In this document: positions 51,831-64,000 of the stretch, piece by piece
How the letters are laid out: each line of letters opens with the position of its first letter
Position numbering within the stretch: the stretch's first letter is position 1
Assembly (NCBI GenBank): GCA_012295275.1
Contig: CM022668.1
Coordinates: 3,968,001 to 4,032,000, forward strand
Reading direction: 5' to 3'
Length of the DNA: 64,000 bases
DNA from: Chrysomallon squamiferum
Taxonomy: Eukaryota; Animalia; Mollusca
Notes under the pieces: model-generated
Database searches by the model: none
Told to the model about the DNA's origin: nothing
The model's input: the letters and a program-made list of their open reading frames with translations, nothing else
Translations under genes and position numbers: made by a program

Positions 51831-53007
51831 TATTGTTCACCTTCATTGTTGTTGTTTGTTGTGCGTTTATGAGTGCTAATTTTTGAAACTATGTTTATTA
51901 TTTCTCTTTATTCAAATTTGATCTATTAATATTTACAATATCTTATGGGCTTTGTTTTTGTTCTATTTTACTTAGTTGATCAAAGCGTCTTTTCAAAAAC
52001 TATTTAACATTTATTCGTTTTTACAGTTATTTGTAATCAAAGCATTGCTGACATTTCTGTAATAAATAACGTTGTCTTTTTTGAGGTTGTAAAATCATTC
52101 ATTTAATCCATTTAAGTTTTATATGTGTATCATTTAATTTCTCCACATTTGTCATCTTGCAGTATTAATCTACGATATAATCTTTCTGCTTTATTATGAC
52201 AAATGAATTTAAAAGTAAACAATTTACATGTTTTAAAAGTTTCACTTGGTAAAGCTATAAATAGGTAGTTTTCATGATGCACGTTATTTATTCTACCATA
52301 GTTAACATTTCTGATAGAACAAAATTTCATTAACCTTTTATTTTTTATTTTGAGTACGACAAAAATATAAAACTTGTCTTATGTATATTGTGATATAAAA
52401 TATTCTTCTTCGTCTGTAGCGATACCATTAATATTGCCAGAGTGTTTTACTGTTGTCGCTAAATTACAGCGCATCCTCTAATGTAAATGAATCCGAAAAA
52501 ACAGCAGTTCGTGTAACATTTGCTGAATTATTGCATCGTTATCATCCATAATTCTACACAGCCGATGCTTTAAAGTGAAAAATATCTAACGCATTATTTA
52601 TAATCGTCAAGTACATTTTCTAAATCGATTAGTAAAAAATAATTCATGGTTGTCATGCTATTCGGTAAGATGTATAATGTTACAAATTAATCTAATATTT
52701 TATCTAACATATATTCATTTAATAAAACCCCCTGATCTGTAACATAACTTCGATTTCTTTTTTCTTTTTTTTTTTTTGCTTGCTTGTTTGCTTTTTTATT
52801 TATTTATTTACTTATTTTATTTTATTTTATTTAATTTAATTTATTTATTTATTATTATAATTTTCTTTTTTTTTTCGATTTGCAATACATCCTAAAGCCA
52901 TTTTATAAGTTGTTTAAAATAGTTAGTGACATTATTCTTTGAAAACTCCTTCGGTCTAATAAGCTTAGGAATACATGTTTTATTATAAGATGTAAGTTCG
53001 ATAGGTA

Positions 53008-53101
<94 letters not shown>

Positions 53102-53196
53102 CTAAAAAATAAAAATAAAAATTTCTTACGGATATGTAATAATACAAACAATCATTAGTATAATAGTAACATTTCTTTTTAATTATCAAACATATA

Positions 53197-53254
<58 letters not shown>

Positions 53255-53311
53255 TAGTTTGTGTATAAATATATGTATATAAAGGTTGCGAACTCTTGCT
53301 CTTTACGACCC

Positions 53312-54439
53312 CTAATTGTCAGTTTTGGGAAGAAAAGTTGTTGACGTATTGCATATTCTACCATCAGATTTACGATAATATTCACTGACTTGTTTGTCGC
53401 TTGGTTTACTAACATACTTGTTTATCACTGGAATGTATAGCAAGAAGTGCTGGATCAAACCTTTGAGTGTACTTCGAAACAGACTTCCACTCAGACAGTA
53501 GAGTAAAAAGTTTATCGAATTGTGCAGATATACCAAAAGAAGAGTTATTGCTCTTACAAGCATCATTTTTGCAAGTGACGCGTTACTGGCATCGAACCAT
53601 GTCAGCTTCTTGATAATTAAAATACTGTAAGGCAAAGTGCAAACCAAAAACACGGTGTTTGTGGTCATCATCAAAACAGTCAACCAAGTTACTTGCCTAA
53701 TGTGTTCTCTGTAACGTATGGTGCTATTTCTCAACCTGAAGCGAAAAAATACCATTTTAATGATGATCGACAAGTTCCCAATTGCAATAAATATCATGGG
53801 AACTAGAGAATAAATGTAAAGGTTTATATATGGCCATTTATAAAACATAAACTTTTCATAGGCAGGTTCAGTCTTTGAAACCCAGCAGCTCCTTATTACA
53901 TGCGTCGTGTTGCCTCCTAATTGTATTACAGTTAGCATTATATTAAGTTTGAACAGCATATGTGCATTTGCTATAGAAATTAGAACCACCAATACTCCTA
54001 AAACGATCCAAGCTGTGTATTTAGTACATATGTCTTTTACACTAAATGGAAATAACACAGAAACTGCTCTGTCTATAGTTACTGCAACCAAAATCCATGA
54101 AACAAACATCTGGCAGAAGTTAACTAGAAAAACTGTGACCTTACACGAAAATGTACTTTGAGTTCGCAGATCTGTACTATATTTGTAAATAATGAACCAA
54201 CGTAGCAATCCCAAATACAGAAGAATTAAGTCTGCGACAGCAAGAACTGTGAGATACGTCGACATAGTTAAATGCCGCAGTGATTTTCGAGTCCAAACCA
54301 GTATAGACAGAATGTTGCCTATTGTTCCCAAAACTATCATTACCGGCGGAATCGTAATCCAAAGTCTAAAAGCAAGTTTGGAATCAGGTAAATTTTCGTA
54401 AGGCTGTTTTCTATTAGCTAGAACTTGTGCCTGATCCAT
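53312..54439 (-). CDS. Class A 7TM GPCR (GPCR2), candidate chemoreceptor, 375 aa
   Basis: GTIGN, YLTVLAVAD, CK...VTIDRAVSV, LVPM, FLVCTLPY, HNSINFLLYCLSGSLFR. Close paralogue of 57825-58982. Confidence 0.92.
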   Translation of the reverse strand: MDQAQVLANRKQPYENLPDSKLAFRLWITIPPVMIVLGTIGNILSILVWTRKSLRHLTMSTYLTVLAVADLILLYLGLLRWFIIYKYSTDLRTQSTFSCKVTVFLVNFCQMFVSWILVAVTIDRAVSVLFPFSVKDICTKYTAWIVLGVLVVLISIANAHMLFKLNIMLTVIQLGGNTTHVIRSCWVSKTEPAYEKFMFYKWPYINLYIYSLVPMIFIAIGNLSIIIKMVFFRFRLRNSTIRYREHIRQVTWLTVLMMTTNTVFLVCTLPYSILIIKKLTWFDASNASLAKMMLVRAITLLLVYLHNSINFLLYCLSGSLFRSTLKGLIQHFLLYIPVINKYVSKPSDKQVSEYYRKSDGRICNTSTTFLPKTDN

Positions 54440-54548
54440 ACTTCCTTTCTATTATTTTTATTATTATTATTATTTTTTATATATATTTGTTTTCATTAAT
54501 TTGTTTCTTTTCACTTAATGATTTTCTTATTTGAACGTTTGAAAAAGA

Positions 54549-54556
54549 TGACGTCA
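54549..54556. promoter_or_regulatory. Full CRE palindrome TGACGTCA upstream of GPCR2
   Basis: 110 bp 5' of the ATG, inside a ~40-bp block shared with the GPCR3 upstream region. Confidence 0.55.
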
Positions 54557-56000
54557 GAGAAATATGAACATGTAATTAATTACCTTCAACGTAACGCAGG
54601 ATCAATGCACTTCAGTGGTCGATTCATTCTTCCACTAAAATTATTCATAGCATTACGCTTAACCTAATGATAATAATAATAATAAGAAGACGACGACGAC
54701 GAAGAAGAAGAACAATAACATACACTTTAGTTTTGCTCACCCACTGTTTTTATGTCAGTTGACCGAAAAGAGAAAACTAAGCTGAACTTTATGATTACAA
54801 GTATAATCAATTAGTTAGCAAGGTTCAGTCTTTCGTATTTTACAGAGACCGGCTTACAAAACAATTCATGACACAAATTTACATATTTATTTACATGTAC
54901 AGTTTACATAGATTCTACCATTACATGGGAAAATACAGTTCTAGTTAGCTAAGCAGATAATTTAGTTTCTAAATTTTATAAGATAAGCAATTAGGATACA
55001 AACCTACTCTGATTTAACTGTTGCTGTAGGTGATTGTGGATTACATTACAAAATGAATGCATAATCTATCAGTGTTATTTTAAATATAACTAAAACATAT
55101 TTAAAAAAATAATGTGTGTATTTGTATGTGTATGTTTGCGTGTACATATGTGTATTTGTATGTGTATGTTTGTGTGTACATGCGTATATTTGTATGTGTA
55201 TGTTTATGTAAATGTGTGTATTTGTATGTGTGTATGTAAGTGTATGTGTATACGTGTCTACTTATGCGTATGGGCATGTGTGTTTGTATATACATATATA
55301 TATATATATACATTGGGTGTGTACATGTGTGACTGTATGTTTGTGTATATGTGTGTGTTTATGAGTATGCATAAATGTTAGCTGTATGTTTGTCCTTTCA
55401 ATTTAGTTAATATCGTTCTGTTAACGGAAGTGAGGTCATTTACGATAACGGGACTCCCGACATGTGTCTGTTTCTCCTTATGATCTAAAACGATTCTGCA
55501 ACGCAATGAAAACTCGATTAAATCACTTTTGCTGAATTGTTTTAAAACACCTCCTTTGTACTCTACGAAAGTCTGCCAATGTAAATATTTTATGTTGAGG
55601 TTTTGTGCAAATTTCACAAATTGATCTTCTGTTTTTCGAACAGTTATAGATTACTCAAACTGTATTTAGTCACGAAAATCCATTGTTCATTTTTAGTTCT
55701 TTCTTAAGAGTACACTTCGGTACTCACTTTTATTCCGTAAAGGTCTTCAGTACATAATTCACTTTTAATTATTTCTAAGATCAACTTACGAGTATTTGTT
55801 TCTAAGGTATAAAATTCATTTATCACTTGTAATGTTTTCTAAGCACTAATATTTATTATGTTTTCCAAATATTTTTTTACAAATGCACAAAGGATCAATA
55901 CATAATTATCAGAAAAAAATTAGACAATTAATGAAATAAAAGAGTCCACTTTATCATAAACATTAAATTGAAGAAAAAATAATAGTCATCGATTATCAAA

Positions 56001-56155
56001 TACCAGCATTTCTTCCATATTACTGGGTCCAGCTGGCACTGTTGTTATGTTTATTGCAATTCTGAGTAACAGGTGAGCGTTTGCTATAAAAAGTAGAACC
56101 ACCAATACTCCTATAACAATCCCTTTACATTAAACAGAAATAACACAGAACTTGC
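56001..56155 (-). pseudogene. Decayed GPCR fragment (TM4-ECL2), paralogue of GPCR3
   Basis: GTGAGCGTTTGCTATAAAAAGTAGAACCACCAATACTCCTATAACAATCCC is identical to 58503-58553. The flanks align to about 58422-58610 with deletions, and there is no intact ORF. Confidence 0.85.
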
Positions 56156-56207
56156 TTCCAGGTATAAGTGTATTTACTTACATATTTATTTACAGAAACA
56201 GGTTTTT

Positions 56208-56256
<49 letters not shown>

Positions 56257-56358
56257 TGAAGAAACAAAAGAAAGGAAGCTAAAAAGGAAAAAGTAATGTT
56301 GTTGTTTTTTACTAATCGTAATTTTTTTTGTTGATATTCTTGATTTTGAGGGAGGATA

Positions 56359-56366
56359 TGACGTCA
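56359..56366. promoter_or_regulatory. Full CRE palindrome TGACGTCA on the 5' side of the GPCR remnant
   Basis: About 200 bp 5' (minus-strand sense) of the remnant. Confidence 0.35.
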
Positions 56367-57633
56367 CTTTTTCCACCTACAGGTTTAATGCTAGAATATT
56401 TCTGAACAACATGAAAATAATTCGATGTGGCGTGATGAAAGCTAGTTTTGTGATGTGATAATATTTTTCTTGCCTTCTAGAAATGTTTACAAGATGAAAC
56501 TTTCGTTACCTATGAAACATAAATAATTAACTTTTTTTCAGATCTGGCAGTCTAAATAATGCTTCAGAAATGTTCTTTATTCTATTTCATTTATTATTTT
56601 GTGGACTAAAGATTAATTTATCTATCATATTTGTATATTTTTAATTAATTAATTAATTAGTTAATTTATTTATTCATTCATTCATTCATTTATTTGTTTA
56701 ATTATTTTATTTATTTATTTATTATTATTATTTGTGTGTGTGTGTGTATTTATTTATGACGACGTAATTCGTCAGTTTGGCCTGTTGCTTAGTACTGATC
56801 ACTTGTCGTCCAGGTCAGCTACCCCAGTCTCACATTTATACTGACTGTAAAATGCTTCTCAGGCTACATCTAAATTTTAGCTTTTTTTCGTAACATAATT
56901 AACTACGTTACTGTAGAGAGGACTTATATAAGCGATAGAAAAGGGTTACAATAAAAACCAGAACCTCTTATTTTCTAGATTTCTGTTGAATAATCCAAAA
57001 GTACGTCAAAAAAATTAATCACATGTGTTTTTACGCACTGCTTAATGGTTTCAATTAATTTTCAGTAATTAGATTTGATACAGGTAAACGAAGAATAAGC
57101 GGCAGGTAATGAGACACGAACAGCCTGAGTGGAACTCGAGGCAAGCAGGTACATCGCTGTAGACGTTCAAGCACATCTATATCATATGAAATGACACTAA
57201 AATATCTTTAATCACCTAAATTTGTTCTTTATTTATTTAGAGTGTATTATCTTAGACAATGAATTCCAAATTAAAATGTTGAGTGCCAAAGACATTTTTG
57301 TTTTCAACGGGGAATAGTTTTTTATGTTTGTATTAAATTTCTGTCATTCTATCAAAATCTTCTGTTATTTGCTCCATAAAAGGTATTCAAAATTTAAAAT
57401 AATAATGATAATAAATGAATAAATGAATAAATAAATAAATAAATTAATTAATAAAAAATTGAATTCAAATTTTGACTGTAAGCAAATCGATTATTTTAAA
57501 ACAAGAATTGTTTATAGAAAATGAATATTCAAATCAAACTGTCATTTGATTAATATGAGAAATTTAAACATTGTTTTCGTTCAGTGATTCTTTCTGAGTT
57601 TAGTTACACTTGGTTTTAAATATTAACGCATAT

Positions 57634-57677
<44 letters not shown>

Positions 57678-57824
57678 GGTGATAATTTAGTCTATTAGTG
57701 ATAATTTTATTAAACACATCTAAGAAAAAAGGAATAGGTCACTGAATAATGAAAAGGTTATTCTGACAGATTTTCTAAGATAGTGGTTTTCTTTTTTTTC
57801 GACACACACACACACATATATATA

Positions 57825-58982
57825 TTAATTGCTGGTACTTGACTGCACCTTCATCTCTTCCAGATTTTCATTGGACATACCATAATCAGATGCACTAGGC
57901 TTAGAGTCAGATATAGGAGTTACGTCATCGGATTTTATGAAACTTGGTTTATAACGAAAAAAGTTAATTTTCGAAATATACAAGAAGCAATCTCCGATCA
58001 CAGTTCTGAGTGTACTTCGAAACAGACTTCCACTTACACAGTACAGTAGAAAGCTCATCGCATTGTGCATATATACCAAAAGAAGAGTTATCGATCTTAC
58101 AAGAAAATATCTGGCAATTGATTCATCGGTTAGTTTGAACCATTTAAATTTATTAATCATTAAAACGCTGTACGGTATACTGCACACCAGAAACAGAGTG
58201 TTTGTGGTCAGCATCAAAACAGTCAACCAGGTTACCTGCTTAATGTTATCTTTACGCTGTGACGTGACTACTTTCCATTTCCAGTGAAAATAGGCGACTT
58301 TTGTGACGATGGACAGGTTCCCCAATACAATAAATATCATGGGCACTAAAGAATAAATAATAAAATTTATCCATGGCCACTCCTTGAGCATAAATTTTTC
58401 ATATTCAGTGTCTCCTTTCGAAACCCAGCATCTCGTCCATCTTAACGTTTTGTTGGGTCCAATTGGCATTAATGTTATGTTTATTGCCATTTTGAATAAC
58501 AAGTGAGCGTTTGCTATAAAAAGTAGAACCACCAATACTCCTATAACAATCCCAGCTCTGTATTTAGTACATATGTCTTTTACATTAAATGGAAATAACA
58601 CACAAATTACTCTGTCTATAGTTACTGCCACCAAAATCCATGAAACAAACATCTGGCAAAAGCTAACTAGAAAAGTTGGTATCTTGCACGAAAATGTATT
58701 TTGAGTTCTCAGATTTACGCCGTATGTGTACCAAACCAGCCAACGTAACAGTCCCACATAGAGAATGAGAAGCTCAGTGACAGCAAGTACTGTGAAATAA
58801 ACAGACATAGTTAAATGCCGCAGTGATTTTCGAGTCCAGACTATTATAGACATAATGTTGCCCACTGTTCCTAAAGCTATCAGTATTGGCGAAATCGTAA
58901 TCCAAAGTTTTATAGAAAGTTTGAAATCAGGTAAACTTTCATGAGGCGCCTTTCTGTTAGCTAGAGTTTGTAGTTCATCCAT
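57825..58982 (-). CDS. Class A 7TM GPCR (GPCR3), candidate chemoreceptor, 385 aa
   Basis: GTVGN, YFTVLAVTE, CK...VTIDRVICV, LVPM, FLVCSIPY, HNAMSFLLYCVSGSLFR. Confidence 0.92.
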   Translation of the reverse strand: MDELQTLANRKAPHESLPDFKLSIKLWITISPILIALGTVGNIMSIIVWTRKSLRHLTMSVYFTVLAVTELLILYVGLLRWLVWYTYGVNLRTQNTFSCKIPTFLVSFCQMFVSWILVAVTIDRVICVLFPFNVKDICTKYRAGIVIGVLVVLLFIANAHLLFKMAINITLMPIGPNKTLRWTRCWVSKGDTEYEKFMLKEWPWINFIIYSLVPMIFIVLGNLSIVTKVAYFHWKWKVVTSQRKDNIKQVTWLTVLMLTTNTLFLVCSIPYSVLMINKFKWFKLTDESIARYFLVRSITLLLVYMHNAMSFLLYCVSGSLFRSTLRTVIGDCFLYISKINFFRYKPSFIKSDDVTPISDSKPSASDYGMSNENLEEMKVQSSTSN

Positions 58983-59055
58983 GTTTTGATTTTGTTTTGT
59001 TTTGCTATATTTATTTCCCCTTAATGATACCGCTATTGCAACGTTTTGAAAACGA

Positions 59056-59063
59056 TGACGTCA
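59056..59063. promoter_or_regulatory. Full CRE palindrome TGACGTCA upstream of GPCR3
   Basis: 74 bp 5' of the ATG. The context AACGTTTTGAAAACGATGACGTCATAGAAAGATAAACA matches the GPCR2 block. Confidence 0.55.
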
Positions 59064-59075
59064 TAGAAAGATAAA

Positions 59076-59597
59076 CAGTCAAACCTGTTTATAACTTTCC
59101 ATGCATGTTTATGAAAGCTCTATTTAAATCCATAAACTCGATATACTTGAAACTGTATTTTAGGAGAAAGTCGTGTAACTTGTATCGGAAATGCTCGGCC
59201 AAGACGATTTAATGTGAATAAAGACTGTAAATATGTAAAAAACCAACACAATTGTCTGTAATTTTTGTCCTTCTGACGAGAGGACACCTGCAGTGTAGGG
59301 ACACTGGACTTTCTACATGATCACGGTCATTATGGTATAACTGAAAACTAGCTGAAGATGGCAATTAGATGTTTTTGGACAGTTGGAATTTGGAATTGGA
59401 AAAAAATTAACGTGCTAATCAGAGCAAGCTGTGTGAAGCACGTCTGCGACGGGCACGCTTTCTGACAGGTCAGCGGGCGTGTCCGTCGCAAATAATTTGG
59501 ACAGTACAGAGAGTTGGTAAATGTAGGAAGTCATAATCTCAGAAAACTAGTTACAATTCCAATGACACCAATGTCGGCTTATAATGAGGTTTGACTG
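59076..59597. mobile_element. Tc1/mariner-superfamily (pogo/Tigger-like) MITE immediately upstream of GPCR3
   Basis: Termini CAGTCAAACCTGTTTATAA and TTATAATGAGGTTTGACTG are inverted repeats (17/19 match). There is an internal GC-rich hairpin at 59447-59489. TA target duplications are not intact. Confidence 0.7.
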
Positions 59598-60642
59598 CAC
59601 TGTAATTGTGTTTAACGCGGCAAAATCAGTTAATACTAAAATAATCTGTACTTAATTACGTCATCTAAGTTAGAAAACATCGTATTTAACAGTAATAGCA
59701 CAGACAACAACAACAAGAACAACAACAATAATAGTAGTAGTAGTAGTAGTAATAATATTAAAAAGAAGTGATACAGATATAACATGATTGAAGATCGTTC
59801 CTCTTGAGTTCATTGGCATCATTTAAACAACATACTTAACGGAACAAGAAAAAGCCACAAACTGGGAAATTTAGAGTGTTTGAACAGACGTGACTTCGGT
59901 CACTCATTAACAAAAACAAGACAAGCCGATTCGGATCAGAGTAACAGAGCAACTTGCTTGAAATGACACAGTGATGATTCTGAAAAGCCTTCATTTCTAA
60001 ATAAATTATCAAGAAAATCTCTTCCTTTCTTTATTCCTTTTTTTTTTTTTTTTTTTTCTATCTTTTTAATTTTAATTTTAATTTATTTTTTCTTTTCAAT
60101 TTCTTTCTTATTTTTAAAATTTTAATAATAAAAAAATTACTCATGTGCATAAAATTTCAGTAAAAAAAAGAGAACAAAAATCAAATGGAAGAAAATAGAG
60201 CTAAATATTATTGAGCCTATTAATAGTGTGTAAGATAATGACTGAAATAATAATAATAATAATCGCCATTTGTTCTTGTTTTTAGTTGTTTAGTATTGTT
60301 CTAAATGCTTTTCGAACAAACAATAAACAATAAAATAAAATAAATATTTAAATAAAAAGATACCAAAAACTATACATACTTGTTGACCAATGTTACAAAA
60401 AAGAAAACCTTGTTTTTATATATATTTTTTTAATTTTTAATTTTTTTTATTTTTATTTTAGACCTAAATCATAACATAAAATAAAATATAATTATATTCT
60501 CATTATCATAAAATATCTATTAAAGTAAAACAGAAACATTTTAACACAACTGTGGTATTACTGACCTAGATAAAAGGACAAACAAAATTATCTTCTTTTT
60601 TAATTTTTTAAATTATTATTATTATTATTATTATTATTTATT

Positions 60643-60680
<38 letters not shown>

Positions 60681-61315
60681 ATTTCTGAATTACCGTTCCT
60701 GATTTTAAAATGATTTTTTAAATATAATATTTCATTTTTACTTCGAACAAAAACAAATGTACAATCCCCTGAGCACTTAAATTAATAAATAAAAGCTATT
60801 TAATATCAGATAGCTTTGTGTATTGTTTTGGAAATTAAAAATATTACGATTGGTGACTCATCTCCGGAAGTTCTACCATCCTGATTTAACAAATAATATT
60901 TCATCTTGAAACTGCAATCATTCTAAAGTTATCTCGTTCTTTATGAGCAAACAGTAACCGCCAGTTCAGTGATGCACGAAATGAGGTTATAAAGTAAAAC
61001 GCAGAAGTTAAATTATCAACAAATAGAAGAAAGAAAGAGTTAATTTTATAATGAATTAAAACATCCTTTCGTTGAAATGTTAATCATTTATAACACCTGT
61101 GTTAAACTCTGTATCTCTCTTATACTTTACATATTAGTTCTGTGTAATGTCAGAAGTACTATAGACTAAACATAAAACGCAAATCACTGGTGACGCACAT
61201 AAACAGAACACACTGATGTACAGACTGAGTCGAAGGTTCGCGTCACGTTGCTGTCACGAAGTAAAATGAAACAAAAATTTAATATGAGACTTTTTATCTT
61301 AGTTTTATCACGAGA

Positions 61316-62479
61316 TTACAGTTCTGACTCACAGGTTGCTAGATCGCCTCCAACCACTGCCACATTTAATTGTGTTCTCGTTTCCACTGATGTCGATGGT
61401 TGCTGATTTCCCACCGGACCGAGGTTTGAGTTGAGGTTTCTCGTAAACGAAGCTGTCGGATGGATTCTTCGTTTTCGCAGGAACAGGTTTTTCAGTGCGC
61501 CTCGGAACCAACTCCCGCTGATGCAGTAGAGAATAAAGTTAATGGCGTTGTTTGTGTACATTATGATGTTGACAACAGCCCATGTCAGTTCATGTGTAGC
61601 CCGAGATTGTTCTTTCATGGGCGAGAACTGGAACCAGTACTTCTCCCCAATAAGGAACACACAAATTGGCAATGTGCATATTAGAAATACGAAATTGGTC
61701 GTTAGTAACATCACCGTCATAGACGACGCCTTGGCCGATCGAACAGAAATTCTTTGACTGACAGACGTAGTGTTGGTGCCTTCTTCTTGTCTTCTCCTTC
61801 GATTGCTTAAACAGACTTTAATTATGATTGCTACATTTCCTAAAAAGAGCAAAGAGAATGGAAGAAGACAAAACAAACAGAGGTCTATCCAAGGCCAAAT
61901 GTCGGCAGAAAACTGAGCGTATTCACTGTTCAGGAAGTAACACTGACCAGTTACTGTAGCGTTCCCCTGCGTGAAGGTTCGTTCACCCAAACCGTACAGG
62001 AAGTGTGAGTTGACGACTAACAGCACAGTCGCAATACCCGCTATGATGAGCCCCGCGCTCCTTTTCGTACACCTGTGTTTGACGGTGTGTGGAAACCAGA
62101 CAGACATAAACCGCTCCAGCGTGACCGCCACGAGGAGCCACGAGGAGAAGTCCAGAGTAAAATACACCAACCACACGTGCAGCTTGCACAGCACAAAATG
62201 AAATTGCCGGATGTCTTTTGACAAGACAACACGAAGCCACTGTCGTAGTAGTCCGGTCTGGAGAACGAGGATGTCGGTGATGGCGAGCACAGAGAGGTAG
62301 ATGGAAACTGTCGACTGCCGCATGGACTTTCGGGTCAAAACGATGATCGACAAGATGTTGCCCATAGTTCCCAAGACAATAAGAGCAGGTGAAGCAACTT
62401 TCCATAACATGTCTGAGACTTTGAATTCCATATAGTCTGTGTAACTACGTGTCTCAGTCGTTGACGTTGTCGTATTCAT
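61316..62479 (-). CDS. Class A 7TM GPCR (GPCR4), FMRFamide/sex-peptide-receptor-like, 387 aa
   Basis: N-terminal NTT sequon, GTMGN, YLSVLAITD, CK...VTLERFMSV, LLPF, FLICTLP, TNNAINFILYCISGSWFR. A splice acceptor (gttgtctttcttcag) 12 nt before the ATG implies a 5'UTR intron. Confidence 0.94.
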   Translation of the reverse strand: MNTTTSTTETRSYTDYMEFKVSDMLWKVASPALIVLGTMGNILSIIVLTRKSMRQSTVSIYLSVLAITDILVLQTGLLRQWLRVVLSKDIRQFHFVLCKLHVWLVYFTLDFSSWLLVAVTLERFMSVWFPHTVKHRCTKRSAGLIIAGIATVLLVVNSHFLYGLGERTFTQGNATVTGQCYFLNSEYAQFSADIWPWIDLCLFCLLPFSLLFLGNVAIIIKVCLSNRRRRQEEGTNTTSVSQRISVRSAKASSMTVMLLTTNFVFLICTLPICVFLIGEKYWFQFSPMKEQSRATHELTWAVVNIIMYTNNAINFILYCISGSWFRGALKNLFLRKRRIHPTASFTRNLNSNLGPVGNQQPSTSVETRTQLNVAVVGGDLATCESEL

Positions 62480-63339
62480 CTCAACAGATAACTGAAGAAA
62501 GACAACTATCAGTTCAAACTTTGAACGTAACCTACAGAGTTTGATTTTTGTTTCATTAACTAAGTTTCGCTTATATTCACGTTTTTATCTCCTGGAGAAT
62601 GCAGATTGCTTTCAGACTTGACACATTTGTTTTTTGTTCTACTTCCCGTTACTGCAGATGTTTGTAGAATATGCTTAAACAAATTAATTTACAAAAGTAA
62701 CCTGTTTGCTACATCTACATTTAACAAAATTGATTTTCCAGCCAGTCGTCATGAGCAACAGCCGATCAATAAAAAGATAAATATCCGAGGTGTTATTTGT
62801 CGAGAACGAGGTAGATGGATTTAGTTTCAAAGAATGTAATTTGGTTTATTTGGTAACACCAGTTCCTATTTTACCCCGTAATTATCACATTTAAGAAAGA
62901 AAAAAAAAAAAAAAAAAAAAAAAAAGAATCAAACAGCACTAAATAAATAAATAAATAAATAAATTTAATAAAAACATAAAACAAATTATAATAAAAGCAA
63001 ATGCGGTCTTATTTATTATTATGGTTGTTGTTGTTATTATTATTCTTGTTGTTTTTGTTGTTAAATTAATTAACTTATTTTCTTTACTTATTTTTTACAG
63101 CTTAGGAAGTATTTAAATTTGTACTTGGTCGAGTATGTCATAAGAAATAAACAGCAAATAAATAAATAAATAAAAAGTTAAAAAGAAAGAAAAACGTACA
63201 GTGACATTTATAACGTAATGAGTTTAATCATAAATTCACTGTGTTCTAATAAAATATATTATCGACCAGTTTCCACAGGTAAAAAACATAATTTCAAGTA
63301 ATCTAGTAATCTATTTTTTTTATTTTATTTTTTTATTTA

Positions 63340-63375
<36 letters not shown>

Positions 63376-64000
63376 CATTATTATTATATATGTTTTTGTC
63401 ATCATTAATGCAACCTAGTTTTTTTGATTTAAACGATGTTAAGAATGCAGTTAGAAATCAGCAACTAGAATAATAAACAAACAAACAAACAAACAAATAA
63501 AAATATAAAAAAATAAATACATAAATGACAAATACATATACAGTCATACATAAAAACAAATAAATAAGTAAATAAAAACAAGTGTTACTGAGATTTTCAG
63601 TACTTGAGAAAACCTCACAGTACTAATTCAGATCTAATCAAACGAATTATTTCACATAGACTGAAACTAGTCAACTGAATCGCGAAAATATCATTTCAAA
63701 TCGTCTACCTTTTACATCTCATACAAGATTGAGTGAAAAAACTCACAGTTGTTTAAATATAAATCTCTGAACTGAAGGATAAAATCTTTGTCTAGGTAAA
63801 AGTTGTGTGATTATTATTGTATCACACATACAGAATAAGGACAGGTATCGACAGGTATATATATATATATTATATATAATAACTATTTTTGTAGTCAGTT
63901 TAATTGATTTTCTTTTTTCTAACAGATATAATTATTTTTTCTATTTTCTGTTTTTTCCTTCTTGTTTTGATCAGTATAATTATTAGTTCTCGAATAAATA

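Overview
AT-rich, microsatellite-rich animal genomic DNA with spliceosomal introns. The repeat content and GPCR family suggest a gastropod mollusc (inference). No prokaryotic features, CRISPR arrays or RNA genes were seen. The window has two halves. (1) From 1 to about 43 kb, six intron-containing conserved genes alternate strictly in orientation; I rebuilt each exon by exon with consistent phases: a TPR-clamp protein with two TM helices (+), PMVK (-), TRMT1 (+), IQCH (-), AAGAB (+) and TIPIN (-). TIPIN carries a roughly 1 kb coding minisatellite in its last exon. (2) From about 43 to 64 kb there is a CpG-richer, transposon-littered cluster of four class A GPCRs with single-exon coding regions, plus one decayed remnant, of the FMRFamide/sex-peptide-receptor-like family that includes molluscan candidate chemoreceptors. 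The most interesting signals are: a perfect CRE palindrome 5' of three receptors and the remnant; a MITE inserted next to one of these CREs; the IQCH-AAGAB head-to-head pair (with TIPIN adjacent) also found on human chr15; tandem duplications that copy splice donors; a candidate 21-nt microexon; and a dual-AUG/uORF design in TRMT1. I found nothing I can defend as a wholly new biological system. The CRE-linked receptor cluster and the membrane-anchored TPR co-chaperone are the best candidates for undescribed biology. All coordinates were counted by hand.
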